This document shows positions 1 to 11,589 of a stretch of DNA of 64,000 nucleotides, piece after piece (the first letter of the stretch is position 1; every line of letters begins with the position of its first letter). The notes under the pieces were generated by a model that was given only the letters and a program-made list of their open reading frames with translations, had not been told where the DNA came from and did no database searches. The position numbers were made by a program, and so were the translations under genes. The DNA comes from Lingula anatina (Eukaryota; Animalia; Brachiopoda). The stretch is taken from assembly GCA_051362555.1 (NCBI GenBank), contig CM120645.1, positions 17,422,001-17,486,000 on the forward strand, in the 5' to 3' direction.

Positions 1-301
1 GGCACTGAAGGTGCTGTTGGCGGTTGAGACGTGGTCGTAAGCTTGGGTGGTATAGACCGACAGGTTTCTCGCCATAAACTCATTAGACCAACCTGCTGCA
101 TCGGGTCGGAAATGAAACGCGGACTTTTTGCGTTGGCAAAGTCATGAAATTCACGGTGTGTGACAATACATGTTTGCTGCTCATGGTCAAAGTTCATTCC
201 AATGGGGCATTCTCTCTTGTCTAAGCCAAACTCACTACAGAACCAATAATCACAGGCCGTCTCGGCATCGGGTGTCACTTCATTCAGAGGAGAACAAGGC
301 A
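1..301 (-). CDS. Internal coding exon (truncated at the window edge) of a protein with a chitin-binding type-2 / peritrophin-A (CBM14-like) domain followed by a Pro/Thr/Ser-rich linker
   Basis: Minus-strand acceptor ttttcgttttag|TG at 301/302. The frame is open to the edge: PCSPLNEVTPDAETACDYWFCSEFGLDKRECPIGMNFDHEQQTCIVTHREFHDFANAKSPRFISDPMQQVGLMSLWRETCRSIPPKLTTTSQPPTAPSV. Cys spacing and the PD..C.Y..C, CPxGxxFD and xxxxC motifs fit ChtBD2. It is absent from the ORF track because no stop falls inside the window. Confidence 0.75.
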
Positions 302-783
302 CTAAAACGAAAATTGAACAAAACGTAAAATGACAGGGTTTTTTAGTTCAATCATTCACAAAATGTAACAAATACCTTCTGATATTTAAATTTTTAAGGG
401 CAAACCGGCATGCTTACAATTATTACAAAACAACCCTGTTACTTGACTACTCGGCGTTTAAAAACGTCGGCCTCTTTTTATCTTATTTTTATCGCACTGA
501 GAGGTCACCCTCTTAGTCCTTTGGACGAATCATTGGGGAATAAACTTTTTTCATACCTCAAAGATATGATTATATAGTGAAAGGGGTTAAACTCCAAAGA
601 TGGAAGTCGGCTGAGTAGATTGGCAATCTGACATTGTCTCGTTTACACACACGAAACTTAAATCTTAGCTTTCTATGGGGCCATTCAGAATGAGAACGGC
701 CGAGTGCTAGTTGGTCCACGGCCTAAATATGGCGCACCTACATGAAGACCGCTTAATCCTGTAATGGTCTCTTCGCCTCTTTC

Positions 784-872
784 ACGCCTCCCCACGCGTC
801 GTCCCTCGACCGGTCTAATTGAGCCGAGATTTAATTACTGTGCCCCTGCAGGGACGACGCGTGGGGAGACGT
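784..872. repeat. GC-rich inverted repeat (23-bp arms, 1 mismatch, 43-nt spacer)
   Basis: ACGCCTCCCCACGCGTCGTCCCT (784-806) pairs with AGGGACGACGCGTGGGGAGACGT (850-872). Confidence 0.8.
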
Positions 873-2233
873 ATTTAATTTTTACAGCGTAATCTATCAT
901 GTCATGTTTAACCTTTATAATTGGTTTCATTTTTCTTGGGGTTGATTAAGGTGGACTGATTGAATATTTGAGAGGGTCGAGGCAGCATAATATTAATACA
1001 GGCTACTACGTAAGTAAACCACACGAAATGGCAGTAATGGACAGGGGCTGAAGAAGTCTTAGATACGGAACTGAAGCATACCTTGACCTGGTGCCCGGAA
1101 CATTCTCGTTCAACACTTTCTTACGGTCGAACAAGTTAATAGGCAAAAAGCATTTCGATTCATTCTTAAACATGTTGTTTTAGTTGATCACCGTAGACTG
1201 TTAGCCCGGTGACCAAGGTGACCTGTTGTGGTTTTCTTGTCCTATTGTTTTTTAATGACCATTACCATCAAGTATTAAGTGGTTCACCATGATATGCTTC
1301 AGTGCCCTAACATGAGAACGTCAAATATGAGTCTATACTGCAAGAATGTTTAAAAAGGCGCAGTCACCATTTATATCATAAGGTCGACCAGTAAAATAAC
1401 CTGGAGTGATATTACTGGTAGCAAATTATTCTGTAAACACCAGTTGTCCTGTGAACCTTGAGAAATCTGACAGTTTCCGTTTCGATTAGGCCTGCTTCTA
1501 GTATATAAACGTTCATGTAGTGTTTCTTACCTGTGTCAATGGATGGGGATTGATTTTTACAACAGTTTGTGGTATGTTATCGAAGTGTTTGCATTTATAC
1601 GGCTTTTGTGGATAGATTATTTTCTGAATTGATATATTCATTGAAATAATATAATTTCCCAACAAACAGTTTACAAATAACTATTCTTAACGGTTTTGCA
1701 AGTTAAAAACGTCTTTATAATTAGTGACCTGATGTCGCCTAAATCATTGCTCGACCCTTTCTTGTTTATTTTCAAAAACGCAACCCTCCTACGCCACCTA
1801 CGAGTGAATGGATCTTATTCTGCGTCAATTTAAGGCGCAAGGAAAAGCACACCAAATCACGTATTTTTCCTTTACCGCAAGGGAGCAAGCGAACGATACG
1901 AATCTAAGAAAAACAGCTCTACATAGCTGCAGAATCTATACTCTGAATTTAAATTATTCATGATATGTGAGAGTGTTAATCATTTAGCTTATACCAGCAT
2001 TGACAACGCAGCCTTGTGTTTACGCATTTGATGTAATATATATGTATATATGGCAATGATCATCAATGTACAGCCTCTCCTGTTTGCTGTATTTATGGAA
2101 TATTTATATTGAAGATGTCACAGATTAAAATGAATATTTGTCCAGAGGATTTTGTTCTCGAGAAATAATTGGTATTAGTAATTGATAGTCGGAAATCAAC
2201 GAAATACAAAACTTTTGAACAGATAAAATCTTA

Positions 2234-5058
2234 GGGACCATTCCCACAGATATTTGGATTGATCTATCTCCCTGTGGAGTCTCTCTAAAATGCTGTCAAC
2301 GTAACCGGCTTAAATGCCTGTCACGCCTAGTATCGCTGTCAGGGGGTAATAGCTGATTCGGTAGGCGTTACAGACATTTAAACTGGTTAGTTGACAGCAA
2401 TAAGGTCGCGCGACAAGGTTATTTTCAGTTGCACCCTGGATTACGCACGCTTGCTCCGCAAGGTGGCGCCTGTGGTGGGGGGGGGGGCAGCACAGCCCAT
2501 ATGGTTACTGTGGCGAAGGTGACAGGTACTTCCAAACATTTTTTCATAACTGTCATTTTTCCTCATTCTATTCATGAATTTGATATTTACGGCAATTGAA
2601 AATGTGGCAACGGCAAAAGTGAATCTTGGTGCGTTGACAGGCCGCACAGGTGTCCCCAATTAACCGCCACCAAAGAAGAGACCCCAAGCATTAAACAACA
2701 CAACCTGTAGATATTGGAAATTTGGCGAAAGTTAAGCAACTGAGGCTTTATTAGATTTGGGCAGAAATCGAGAGGAATGTCCAGTGACATGCCAAACCCC
2801 AAAGTTCAAGTCTTGGCCCTTGACACCAGTAACGCACCCCTTAGTCAAGAATCTGAACAAATCGCTGTTGGACAGGTATGCTCTATTTTCTACAGGCGTT
2901 TTGTGATTTTATCAACTTGATTGCCAAGTGCCAGACCTTTTCTTCCCAGGTACTAGTAGCAAACTTTATCAGATAACAATCTGACACTAGCCAAGCTGCA
3001 CTAAAAGCGCTGTAAACTCAGTTATCAATGCTGTCATCTTTACCTGTATCTTTACCGCTATTATGCCAGTGGTACGTTTGATACATTTGAGTAAGGAAAT
3101 ATGTTTTAATGCTTATGAAGTTATGTTCATTTGTAATACGTTAGCATCAACCTGTTAATAAAAACTTGGAAACTTTCAATGTTATTACACAATAACAGTA
3201 TAATGATGGGAGATGTTATGATTAAATGCTTAGAAGAATAATAAAAACAAATTATGTGAAATATAAAATGAATTGATTTTATTTGGGTTATTTATTTATT
3301 TATTTCAAACCAATTAATTATCAAACATGAAGCTTATTTTTGGAAACATTCGCAGATATATGAAATATAACCCTGCTGGTACACAGATCTAGAGTTCTAA
3401 AATGCAAATACCAAGTACCGTTCACACACCACTGATGAGATGTGAATAATCATATGTATAAAGTAGTAAAAATATCACAAAATGTGTGTAAGCAAGATAT
3501 TTCTGCAAGTAACCTCATTAATCAGTCAGGAAACTTCATAATGCACCCAATAAATGTAGAAATTTGAGACAGAGAAATTCTACATACAGGCATGACAGAT
3601 TTACCATATATTGCCACCAACCCTTAACTGAATGGGCATTGAAAGAACAAAGTGAGTCTCCCTCCCATTAAAAATGAAAAATAAAAATAAACAAATAAAA
3701 AACAGATACTGTCATTCTTAATACTGAAAAACAATGGCACCTTGCAGCCTTCACTGCCTCTCTATTTGCAGACAATGCTCTAGTCACTGTAACTGTGTAC
3801 TTTTGAGGCATAGATGCAAGAATAACTTCTTTGAAGTATATTGTGAAGGTCTCTTTTGTCATAAATCTGCCATGTATAACCTGAATGTACAACGATTCAC
3901 ACCACAGCAGCTTGTCTTAGTAAGGACTCAACCAGTTTGAAAACTTGTGGCATAGCTTCAGGGACAAGATCACACCATCTATCCTTGCTGTGATGATGGA
4001 TCTACTAGTACATTATCTATGTCTTGTCCTCCTAGTTTCTCTAATACCATTTCCCCTGATCTATGCTCACATCAATCTCTACAGCTTTACCAACTGCTAC
4101 ACAGTTGTTACATCTGAAAGTATAAAGCAAATTTGTAATAAAGCACTATCAATTTACTTGTTAGATATTGATTTGAGGGCAAGAGAAAAATGCAGAAACC
4201 TCATATCATAATCAAGATAATTGAAAATCAAATATGCATAATCAAATTAATAGCTTTAATTGTACATACTACTGATAATTTAATCTTTTAAACTTCAGCA
4301 TAAATTTCTCTTGTTAAAGCATAGCCACTTTATCAAAATGTGTTTGAAAAAATAATAATAATAATGATAACAAAAATAAACAACCTGCACACAAGATGGA
4401 ACATGGAGGTCAATTGCCACAAAATAAATTGATTTGTACTTGGTAGCCTGAGAAATAGTATCAGGTATTAATTTGAGCAGTAAATTGAGTAATAATACCA
4501 CAGAGTTAACAATGACACAAGCATATGGTGTTGTGTAACAAAATTCATGCATTACTTGCTGTGGCAGTGTCCTCCTCAACCTATCGTGCACCGCAGGTTT
4601 TGATTTTCAATGTCATCAAAAAATTTTATTGTTGTTAGTTTGATTTATGTATCTGCTATTCAAATAATATCCTTTGGAAAATAACTTACTGATTTAATTA
4701 TGCTTTTGCAACATGAAATTATCAGTAACTTTGCCGGTTCACGTGTATACAGTACCTTGTTATCAGTGCTGCTCTTTTCTCCCCAACTCGCCACTGACAG
4801 GCTAACCACATCGTTTCAAAACAACGTTGGTATGCTCCTTTACTTTTGGTGTTGGCAGTTTCGCCCTGGGGACATCGTTTTTGGTTAAAAACAACGTATC
4901 GTTTTCACCCATCTATGCTTTGCTCGTGTACAAAATGGCCGCTTGCTGCCCCCCAAGGGAAAAATCGTAGCACGCGGGTAGTTACGCAAGACCTGTGACG
5001 TATAACGCGCGCAAGGTTATTTAGTGAGACTCCCCAGGGAGTGAGATCGATCCAGCCC
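2234..5058. mobile_element. Harbinger-type MITE split by a ~2.6-kb insertion (about 2402-5018)
   Basis: Left part gggaccattcccacagat...gttgacagcaat (2234-2401); right part atttagtgagactccccagggag..gatcgatcc (5019-5058) completes the hairpin. Same family as the copies at 20.5, 22.6, 24.2, 33.9, 36.4 and 58.3 kb. Confidence 0.65.
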
Positions 5059-7277
5059 TTGAGTCATATTTTGTGCAGCCTCTGTGCGGAGACAGACGGT
5101 GGCCGTACATTATCGTACGGAATCATATGGATTCACGAACTCCATAGCCTCTACGATTTTGTTTAGCTAAAACCTTTGACAAAATTTTGAAATAGAAGAT
5201 GGCATTGCCCAGTTCCCGCACAGGCATTCTAGTCTATAAGGTGTATGAATGTGTATGAATTGCCTGGGCACGAGATTCTAATGCAGAAATATCACCTGGA
5301 TATTTTCTTTTTTTTTAATTTTAAAGAGGTTTGACAAAAATTATAGTATTCATGAACATGAACGTTTTTCAGTGAGTATATCAGGGACTTGTAAACATCA
5401 TTTTACACAGACCGCTAAGTTAAAAAATACTAGTGAAATAAAGTATTCGGGATGGTTAAGTCTGAGCTTGTTGTCTCAAACTGTCCAACCTACCCGCTTC
5501 TCCGAGGCTAAAGGCTGCAACAAGAATACCTGCAACGCAGATGGCATACTGCAGTGAGTAGCGAATCATACGTGGAGGCGAAAGACTGAAAAGAAAAACA
5601 AAATAGAATATAGCCATAAGTGACATTTATATCTACGCTGACGGCCAGAAGTTAAGAACCCCCTGGAATTGATCTCATTCAGGTTCATGATAGTCGTTTG
5701 TAAATTTCAAAAAGAGCATGTGTATTTATCCCTCTTCTTCCTATTTCATGCAACAACGTACATCGAAAGTGGCTATATAATATCCATTAATGGTGCTTCA
5801 GATGCAACACCCACTATTTGTATCCTCAGGTACGCATGTTGCTCTGTTATAAAGTGATGTGTGATCATGAGCCAGTGCTTCAATATATCAAGAAGGGACA
5901 TAAGAGTAACTGTACACATTTTAGTAGAGAAATTTCGGGGGAAAAAACGTTGCTTAGCTTAAGGTCAGTTTTTGCAAGCTTGCATAAATATGGTAGGGCC
6001 AAGTTGTAAAAAGCAGCTTCAGCACACACTAAAAGTTTAAAAAGAATCCGCGCTTTTATGCGTAGCTAGTGAAGTTGTTTGACAAAAGGGGTAATGTGAC
6101 TGTTGCCAACTGTGGATATTTTGTCCAGCTGATGGGTGCGACCTAAGAAGGTTCATTTGTCCGAAGTTTCACTGGTCCTCTGTTAATTATATTAATGTTT
6201 CTTAATTTTTTATTTATCTGTAGTCAAATAATAGCTGCTATCAAAACACAGGAACAATTCTCACCTGCACTGGTGTGAAATGGATCTTTTTTTTAAGTGT
6301 TCTTTGGACCAATTACCCTTTCGACTAATGAAACGATGGACTGAAAAATCTTCGAACCGTTTGGCCCACCTGAGCGTATGATCATATGCGTAGATCGAGA
6401 ATAAATTAGTAACATTTTTCAGATTTTAAAAATTTAATATGGCACATTACTTACTTACGAAAACCAATTTTAACTTTCTACCTGTACATTTAAGAATGCT
6501 CACTGAACCTAGCTGTTTTCATCCTAGAAATCACCCTTACGTGTATCGGTACTTATTTCATAATCATGTGTAAGAACTCGTTACCTCTCAATCCAAGGAA
6601 CACATGAAATGTAATGTAAATTATGATTTCGGAAAACATTGTATGCTTATTTAATTATCCAGTCTTACGATTGTGTTGAACTGTGAAACAAAATAATAAA
6701 TCAATGTGAATACGGCAACCTACCTTGCGAATACAATCTCCATTTCAGTTACTCTCAACGCTTCATGATTTGTATGTTTCTTTGCCATGGATGTGTCTTT
6801 CAGTGATATTATTCTACACAGAAAATTACTACCTGAATCTGCGTCACTTCTGACTTCATTTCAAGAAGAACATCTGTCGCCAATATAGACGACAGCATAT
6901 AGGCTTAAGATAAATAATTCAAAGACCAGTATAAGGTGCATTCAGTTATTTGGAATTCAATATATGTTACCATACCATTCCGTAGTGCTCAAGCAATCTG
7001 AAGTCAAAGGGGTACAGTGTACATGTTAAAGGGGATGAATGTGTGGGTGTGATTGTACATTAATTGGCTTCCTTTCCTCTTACTATAAAAATCATTTTGA
7101 AATATTTTTGTGATTCATTTTATGTATAGTGTATATAGAGAACAGTCGATCTTTATTGTCACCAAAGAAAGTCGCACCGTTGGCTGGATTGCCCGTGCTT
7201 TCGTAATTAGAAGACTCAGATCTCTCAGTCAAAGAAATAAATTTGGAGAACAGTCAGTCAGTAGTTGAACTCAGGAC

Positions 7278-7295
7278 ACGCAATATAGCCGTTGC

Positions 7296-7335
<40 letters not shown>
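7278..7335. repeat. Region containing a (TG)n microsatellite (about 7299-7335)
   Basis: Read directly from the sequence. Confidence 0.9.
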
Positions 7336-7337
<2 letters not shown>

Positions 7338-7401
7338 GTTTTCATCCAGGTAATGTACACTCAAGAATCAAAAGTCAAAGGATTATATTGGCATTTTCAA
7401 G

Positions 7402-8295
7402 CTAGTCTTTAGCTCTTTCGTCTAACGACTCAAGTGAGTCCAACCCTGGGCACTGATGCAGCTGACTAGTCTCTACAACAATGTAGTTAACTGTTTGTCG
7501 GGGGGCACCACACTTGCATGCTGGAAATTGACAGAGCCCCCTTTCAAACATGTTAGCACGGAAACGGCCACGACCTGCTCTGGTGCGGTTCAGTCGAGTC
7601 CATGATGGGCGACCCAGATCATGGCCAGTTGGTCGAGTGCTCACTTCAGGAATGAAGTCACACAGTCTGCCAATTTAAAGAACATCCCATTCCTCCTGAT
7701 ATTTCACCATTCCCCATGTCTCTGTTGACATTTCATTTTTGTTCTCCTCTAACTTTCGCAAGTATGGAATCATCGGAGCCCTTGAGGAAAGCCTGGTATA
7801 TTCCTCATCTTGCCGGAGTCACTGGAACAATAGATGTCCTGGCTCATGTACTCTGTTGGCCAGTTGGAAACAGCGTTGATCCCGTCTGATATCTGGGGAA
7901 AATATGCCGCTTACAGGGCCGTAGCCTGAGCAAAATGCCAGGGGGGGCAGTAAGCGGACACGAGGGGGCGAAGCCCCCGAGGGGGGAGGGGGTGTCCCCC
8001 TACCAGTGTGGAAACTTCTAAATCCCAGGGGGGGCAGCTGCCCCCCCTGCCCCCCCGGAGGCTACGGCCCTGGCTTAGTACCGGGAGATAGAGTTTTGGG
8101 TGTTGATCTCAGACATCCTGTGAAAAGCCTCATGCTGTTGTTTAGGGCTGTATCAATTGTCTTTGTATGGCTACTCCTGCACCACACAGGGGCGCAACAG
8201 TGAAGTATGCCAGGGCAAGGGAGGTAGTTCTCAGGGTGGGAAAGTTTGCCCACCAGGTAGTTCCTGCCAGCCTCTTCAAGAGGATGTTTCTCGCT
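7402..8295 (-). mobile_element. Decayed 3' part of a Vingi/Ingi-like non-LTR retrotransposon
   Basis: Minus-strand peptides CAPVWCRSSHTKTIDTALNNSMRLFTGCLRSTP, then LYLPVLSGIFSPDIRR (after removing the 7914-8072 insert), then WTRLNRTRAGRGRFRANM..GL...PACKCGAPRQTVNYIV (C-terminal Zn-finger-like). Frameshifted. Confidence 0.75.
7914..8072. mobile_element. 159-bp CAGGG-ended MITE (hAT/hAT5-like) inserted in the LINE
   Basis: TIR CAGGGCCGTAGCC / GGCTACGGCCCTG, flanked by GCTTA on both sides. Removing it restores the LINE peptide. Confidence 0.85.
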
Positions 8296-8559
8296 CAGCC
8301 GTTGTATAACATAGTGTTACAAGCCTGGGGGAGACGTGAGTTATACAGTGACGGCTGTATTTTTTGCTGTCTTCAGGTAAAAATTCTGTAGCGTATTTTG
8401 AGTAAAACTAGGTGGTTAGCATCACAGAGATTGAGCGGTAGTTTTATTTCATACCCCAGTACCAATACTACATATTTTCACTGCTATAGTGTGACTTTAC
8501 GAATCGATTACCTTCCGCAAAACAAGCAACTTATGCCAGAATCATGAACCATCACTCTG

Positions 8560-10190
8560 AATCACGGAGAATCATGTTGATTCAAACGACCAAACTGAAC
8601 AAGCTACGAAGGCTGTGAATGCTATATTGAGATGCCAATAGTATTTGGATACTTCCACCACAACGAAGCTTTTAAACTGTTCGACTCAGCAGTAGAACCC
8701 ATTCTTATGTATGTCGCTTAGATATGGGGTTACTCATGTCCTGTTCGGCAAACGAGTATGGTCTAGCGTGTTTGAACCAAAACGTTACAAGCTTGATGGC
8801 GCCAAGTGAATTTGGAAGAATACGGTTATGTGTAACTTATATGTCTAGGTGTATCAAGTATTGGACACGATTGCCCACGGGGAGATACCCAAGGTATACC
8901 TATGATTTGTTGCTTCAGCTGACAGGATGGACAACGTGGACCACCTAAGCTCGCCTTCACTACGGCGGGACATATACTAAGTAAAACGCCTCCTTTTCCA
9001 GTATGGCTTCGGTTATGCCTGGGTTGTGGGCAAGTTAGGAGATGCTACCGTATTTATGGACCAATTCACGGTAAGAGTGACAGACTGTGCATTACGAAAC
9101 ATGTTTTGCTAACATAAAGTCATCGCCAAAGGGTTAATCATACAAACTGTACAAAACTGTTTTTAATCTAGAAAGATATTTGTCATTACCATATTGACTT
9201 AAATGCAGAAACGCACTATATCAAATTTCTGTTGTTCAAAGAGGATCTACAAGAGCATGTGCACAGACAGACTAAACAGGAAGTTTGAAGCACGGGGCAT
9301 GAAAATGAGTATCAATATAAGACTGGAGTAATGAAGGTCAGCAGAGTACCAGACAAATTAAACATCAAAATCAATGATAACCATTTGAAACAAGTGAAAG
9401 AGTTCAAATACCTAGGGAGTGTCTTCACGTAGGATGGACGAATGAACCGAGAGATCGAAAGCAGAATCCAGAAGGCGAACAACATCAGTTACCAGCTCTC
9501 CCCTCCCCTCAGACATCAAAATATTCCCATGGAAACCAAGGTTAAACTAATACAATCGATATTGATACCTACCCTCACCTATCAGTGCCAAACATGGACT
9601 CTGGCAAAAAGCCTAGAACGGAAGATAGCCGCCTGCGAAATGAGACACCTAAGAAAAGCGATGAACATCACGAGAAGGGATAAAATCAGGAACAGTGTGG
9701 TACGGGAAACAGTCGGTCAACACCTGTCCATCAGCTTATTCAAAAAACAGACTATCAAATGGTTCGGTCACCTCGCACGCATGCCCAAACATCTACCGGG
9801 GAGCAAAGCGTACATTAAGAAACACTCCGGATTCAAGGCAAGAGGAAGGCCGAAAAAGAAGTGGGTAGATGGAGTACGAGAGACCTTGCAATCGAACAAC
9901 ATCCCACTCAACCAAGCATTCCAGCTCGCCAGAGATAGAAAACTCAAACTCTTTCTCACTCGACACCCTAACGGGTAGGCCTATAAGAAGGATGACAAAA
10001 GAAAAGAAGGAAGGAAGAAACAACAGTTTCACGATAGATAGGCGTCACATTAACATAGACAAAGACTATAGATTTTGCCCATATTGTGTGACTCAGAACG
10101 TTCATAATATAAAAATGAGCTACGTTTCCTACTACTGTGTCCGTTGTTCAGTGATTTGAGGGAGAGGTACTTTCTTTATTGGATGGACAA
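8560..10190 (+). mobile_element. Decayed RTEX/CR1-like LINE 3' region, interrupted by an RTE element
   Basis: Peptides FKLFDSAVEPILMY..IWG, SEFGR..L...CIKYWTRL..GRYP, YGFGYAW and, after the insert, RHINIDKDYRFCPYC. Many stops and frameshifts; clade assignment is tentative. Confidence 0.6.
9241..10020 (+). mobile_element. 5'-truncated RTE-clade (BovB-like) LINE; RT C-terminal region (ORF 9442-9978)
   Basis: KQVKEFKYLGSVF, REIESRIQKA, SILIPTLTYQCQTWTL, EMRHLRKAMNITRRDKIRN, KWFGHLARM, RGRPKKKWVD; GAA-rich 3' tail at about 9985-10020. Confidence 0.88.
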
Positions 10191-11025
10191 AGCGGAGTAA
10201 AAATGGGTTATTATTTGCTTTATGTCCGACATTGGGACGGGTAGCATATTCTCATTGTCAAGATTTTTAACCAGTAGGCCTACATTTGCATTTTTAGAAA
10301 AGATTTGTTGAAAATGAATTGAGATTTATTTCACAGTGTTGTCTTAGCAAATAACTATTAAAAGTGTGACTAATAATTTATAATCAGTGATAAGAGAACT
10401 AGCTGTTATGAAAATGTAAATATTTTTGATATAATGAATGCAACGTTCTTGCTTTTTTCTGTGCACATATATGCATTTAGTTCATTAATTACTACTAGTG
10501 TTGAAGTTGTATTTTGTGTTGAAGGCTTGGATTACAGAAACATCTTTGCAATCGCGTTTTCCCATGTTTTATATAAATAATATAGGATGTTACCCGTCCC
10601 ACAGAGACATGTTTTATTGAAAAATAAAGTTCTATGTAACTTCCACTAATGCCCTACAATGATAGAATGGTGTAGGCTTATACATATAGAATAAGATCCC
10701 TGTAAAGCAAGGGGTCATGTCGATACTCCCCGGCACTAATAATCCCCCTTAGTAAATTTTTGTGTATTATGCGCATCGATACGACCCCACACAGATAGGT
10801 CCCCGCATTGATACATCCCAGTAAAACTGCCGATGTAGGCGCACCGTTACTCCCCCACATCATTGCATCCCCGCATCAATACTGCGGGGGAGCAGGCCTA
10901 GGTACGACCTGCCAGCTACGTGTAGCTATAAAAGAGATTCCAGATCTCTCAGCCAGAGAAATAAACGTAGAGATCATGCAGTCAGTTTGAAGTTGATCTC
11001 TGGAAAACATATCACCAACGGATGT

Positions 11026-11320
11026 CAGGGGCGGATCCAGGATTACTTGAAGGGGGCGGGTGGGAGGGGCGCAAATGCGAAGCCGACCCTCCCCCCTCCC
11101 TTAATTGGCGTGGGGTTCTGGGCCCGCTGAAGGGCCCGACTTTTTTTTTTTTTTTGGTATTTTAGAGGGCGAACGGTGCCATTTGGCACGGTTTAGAACT
11201 ATGATTCAGCCAGTCAAAATTCTTATTATAGGCCTACAAGAGCCTAGGGGATCGACCAGAAATCGAAGGGGGAGGGGGTCAGGACCCCCTGACCCCTACA
11301 CCCCTCTAAATCCGCCACTG
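11026..11320. mobile_element. CAGGGGCGGAT-ended MITE (hAT-like)
   Basis: TIR CAGGGGCGGAT / ATCCGCCACTG with G/C-run subterminal motifs. No TSD recognisable. Confidence 0.6.
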
Positions 11321-11589
11321 AGAGTTATACGTACATGGGATCTAAGCCCCAGTATGGTACCTTGAGTCTCTACCAGAGCCGTTCCAAATGTTACAAGTTG
11401 CGTTAAAACTACAAACTTCATAAGCTTTCTAACATGATTTTTATTATATTGTAATTTGTAAATCTGCACCGGTGTGACAGGAATGGTAGTCCGCTAGGAA
11501 CCGCCCGTTTCTCATTACTTCATACAGGCGATATTTGTCCCCCTTTACTCCGAGCTATCACGTCTAACCCTAACATGAACTATTCGTAT

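Noticed and set aside
1531-1623. Minus-strand 93-nt segment with AG and GTAAG boundaries as an upstream exon of the chitin-binding gene
   Set aside because: Only the phase-0 frame is open, but the exon at 301 needs a phase-1 donor. I found no linking exon, so it is unsupported.
6861-6941. Minus-strand hydrophobic mini-ORF (MHLILVFELFILSLYAVVYIGDRCSS) resembling a signal peptide
   Set aside because: An in-frame stop comes before any usable donor; short hydrophobic ORFs are common in AT-rich DNA.
9442-9978. 178-aa ORF as a host gene
   Set aside because: It is the C-terminal part of an RTE reverse transcriptase ORF, with an upstream stop and frameshifts.
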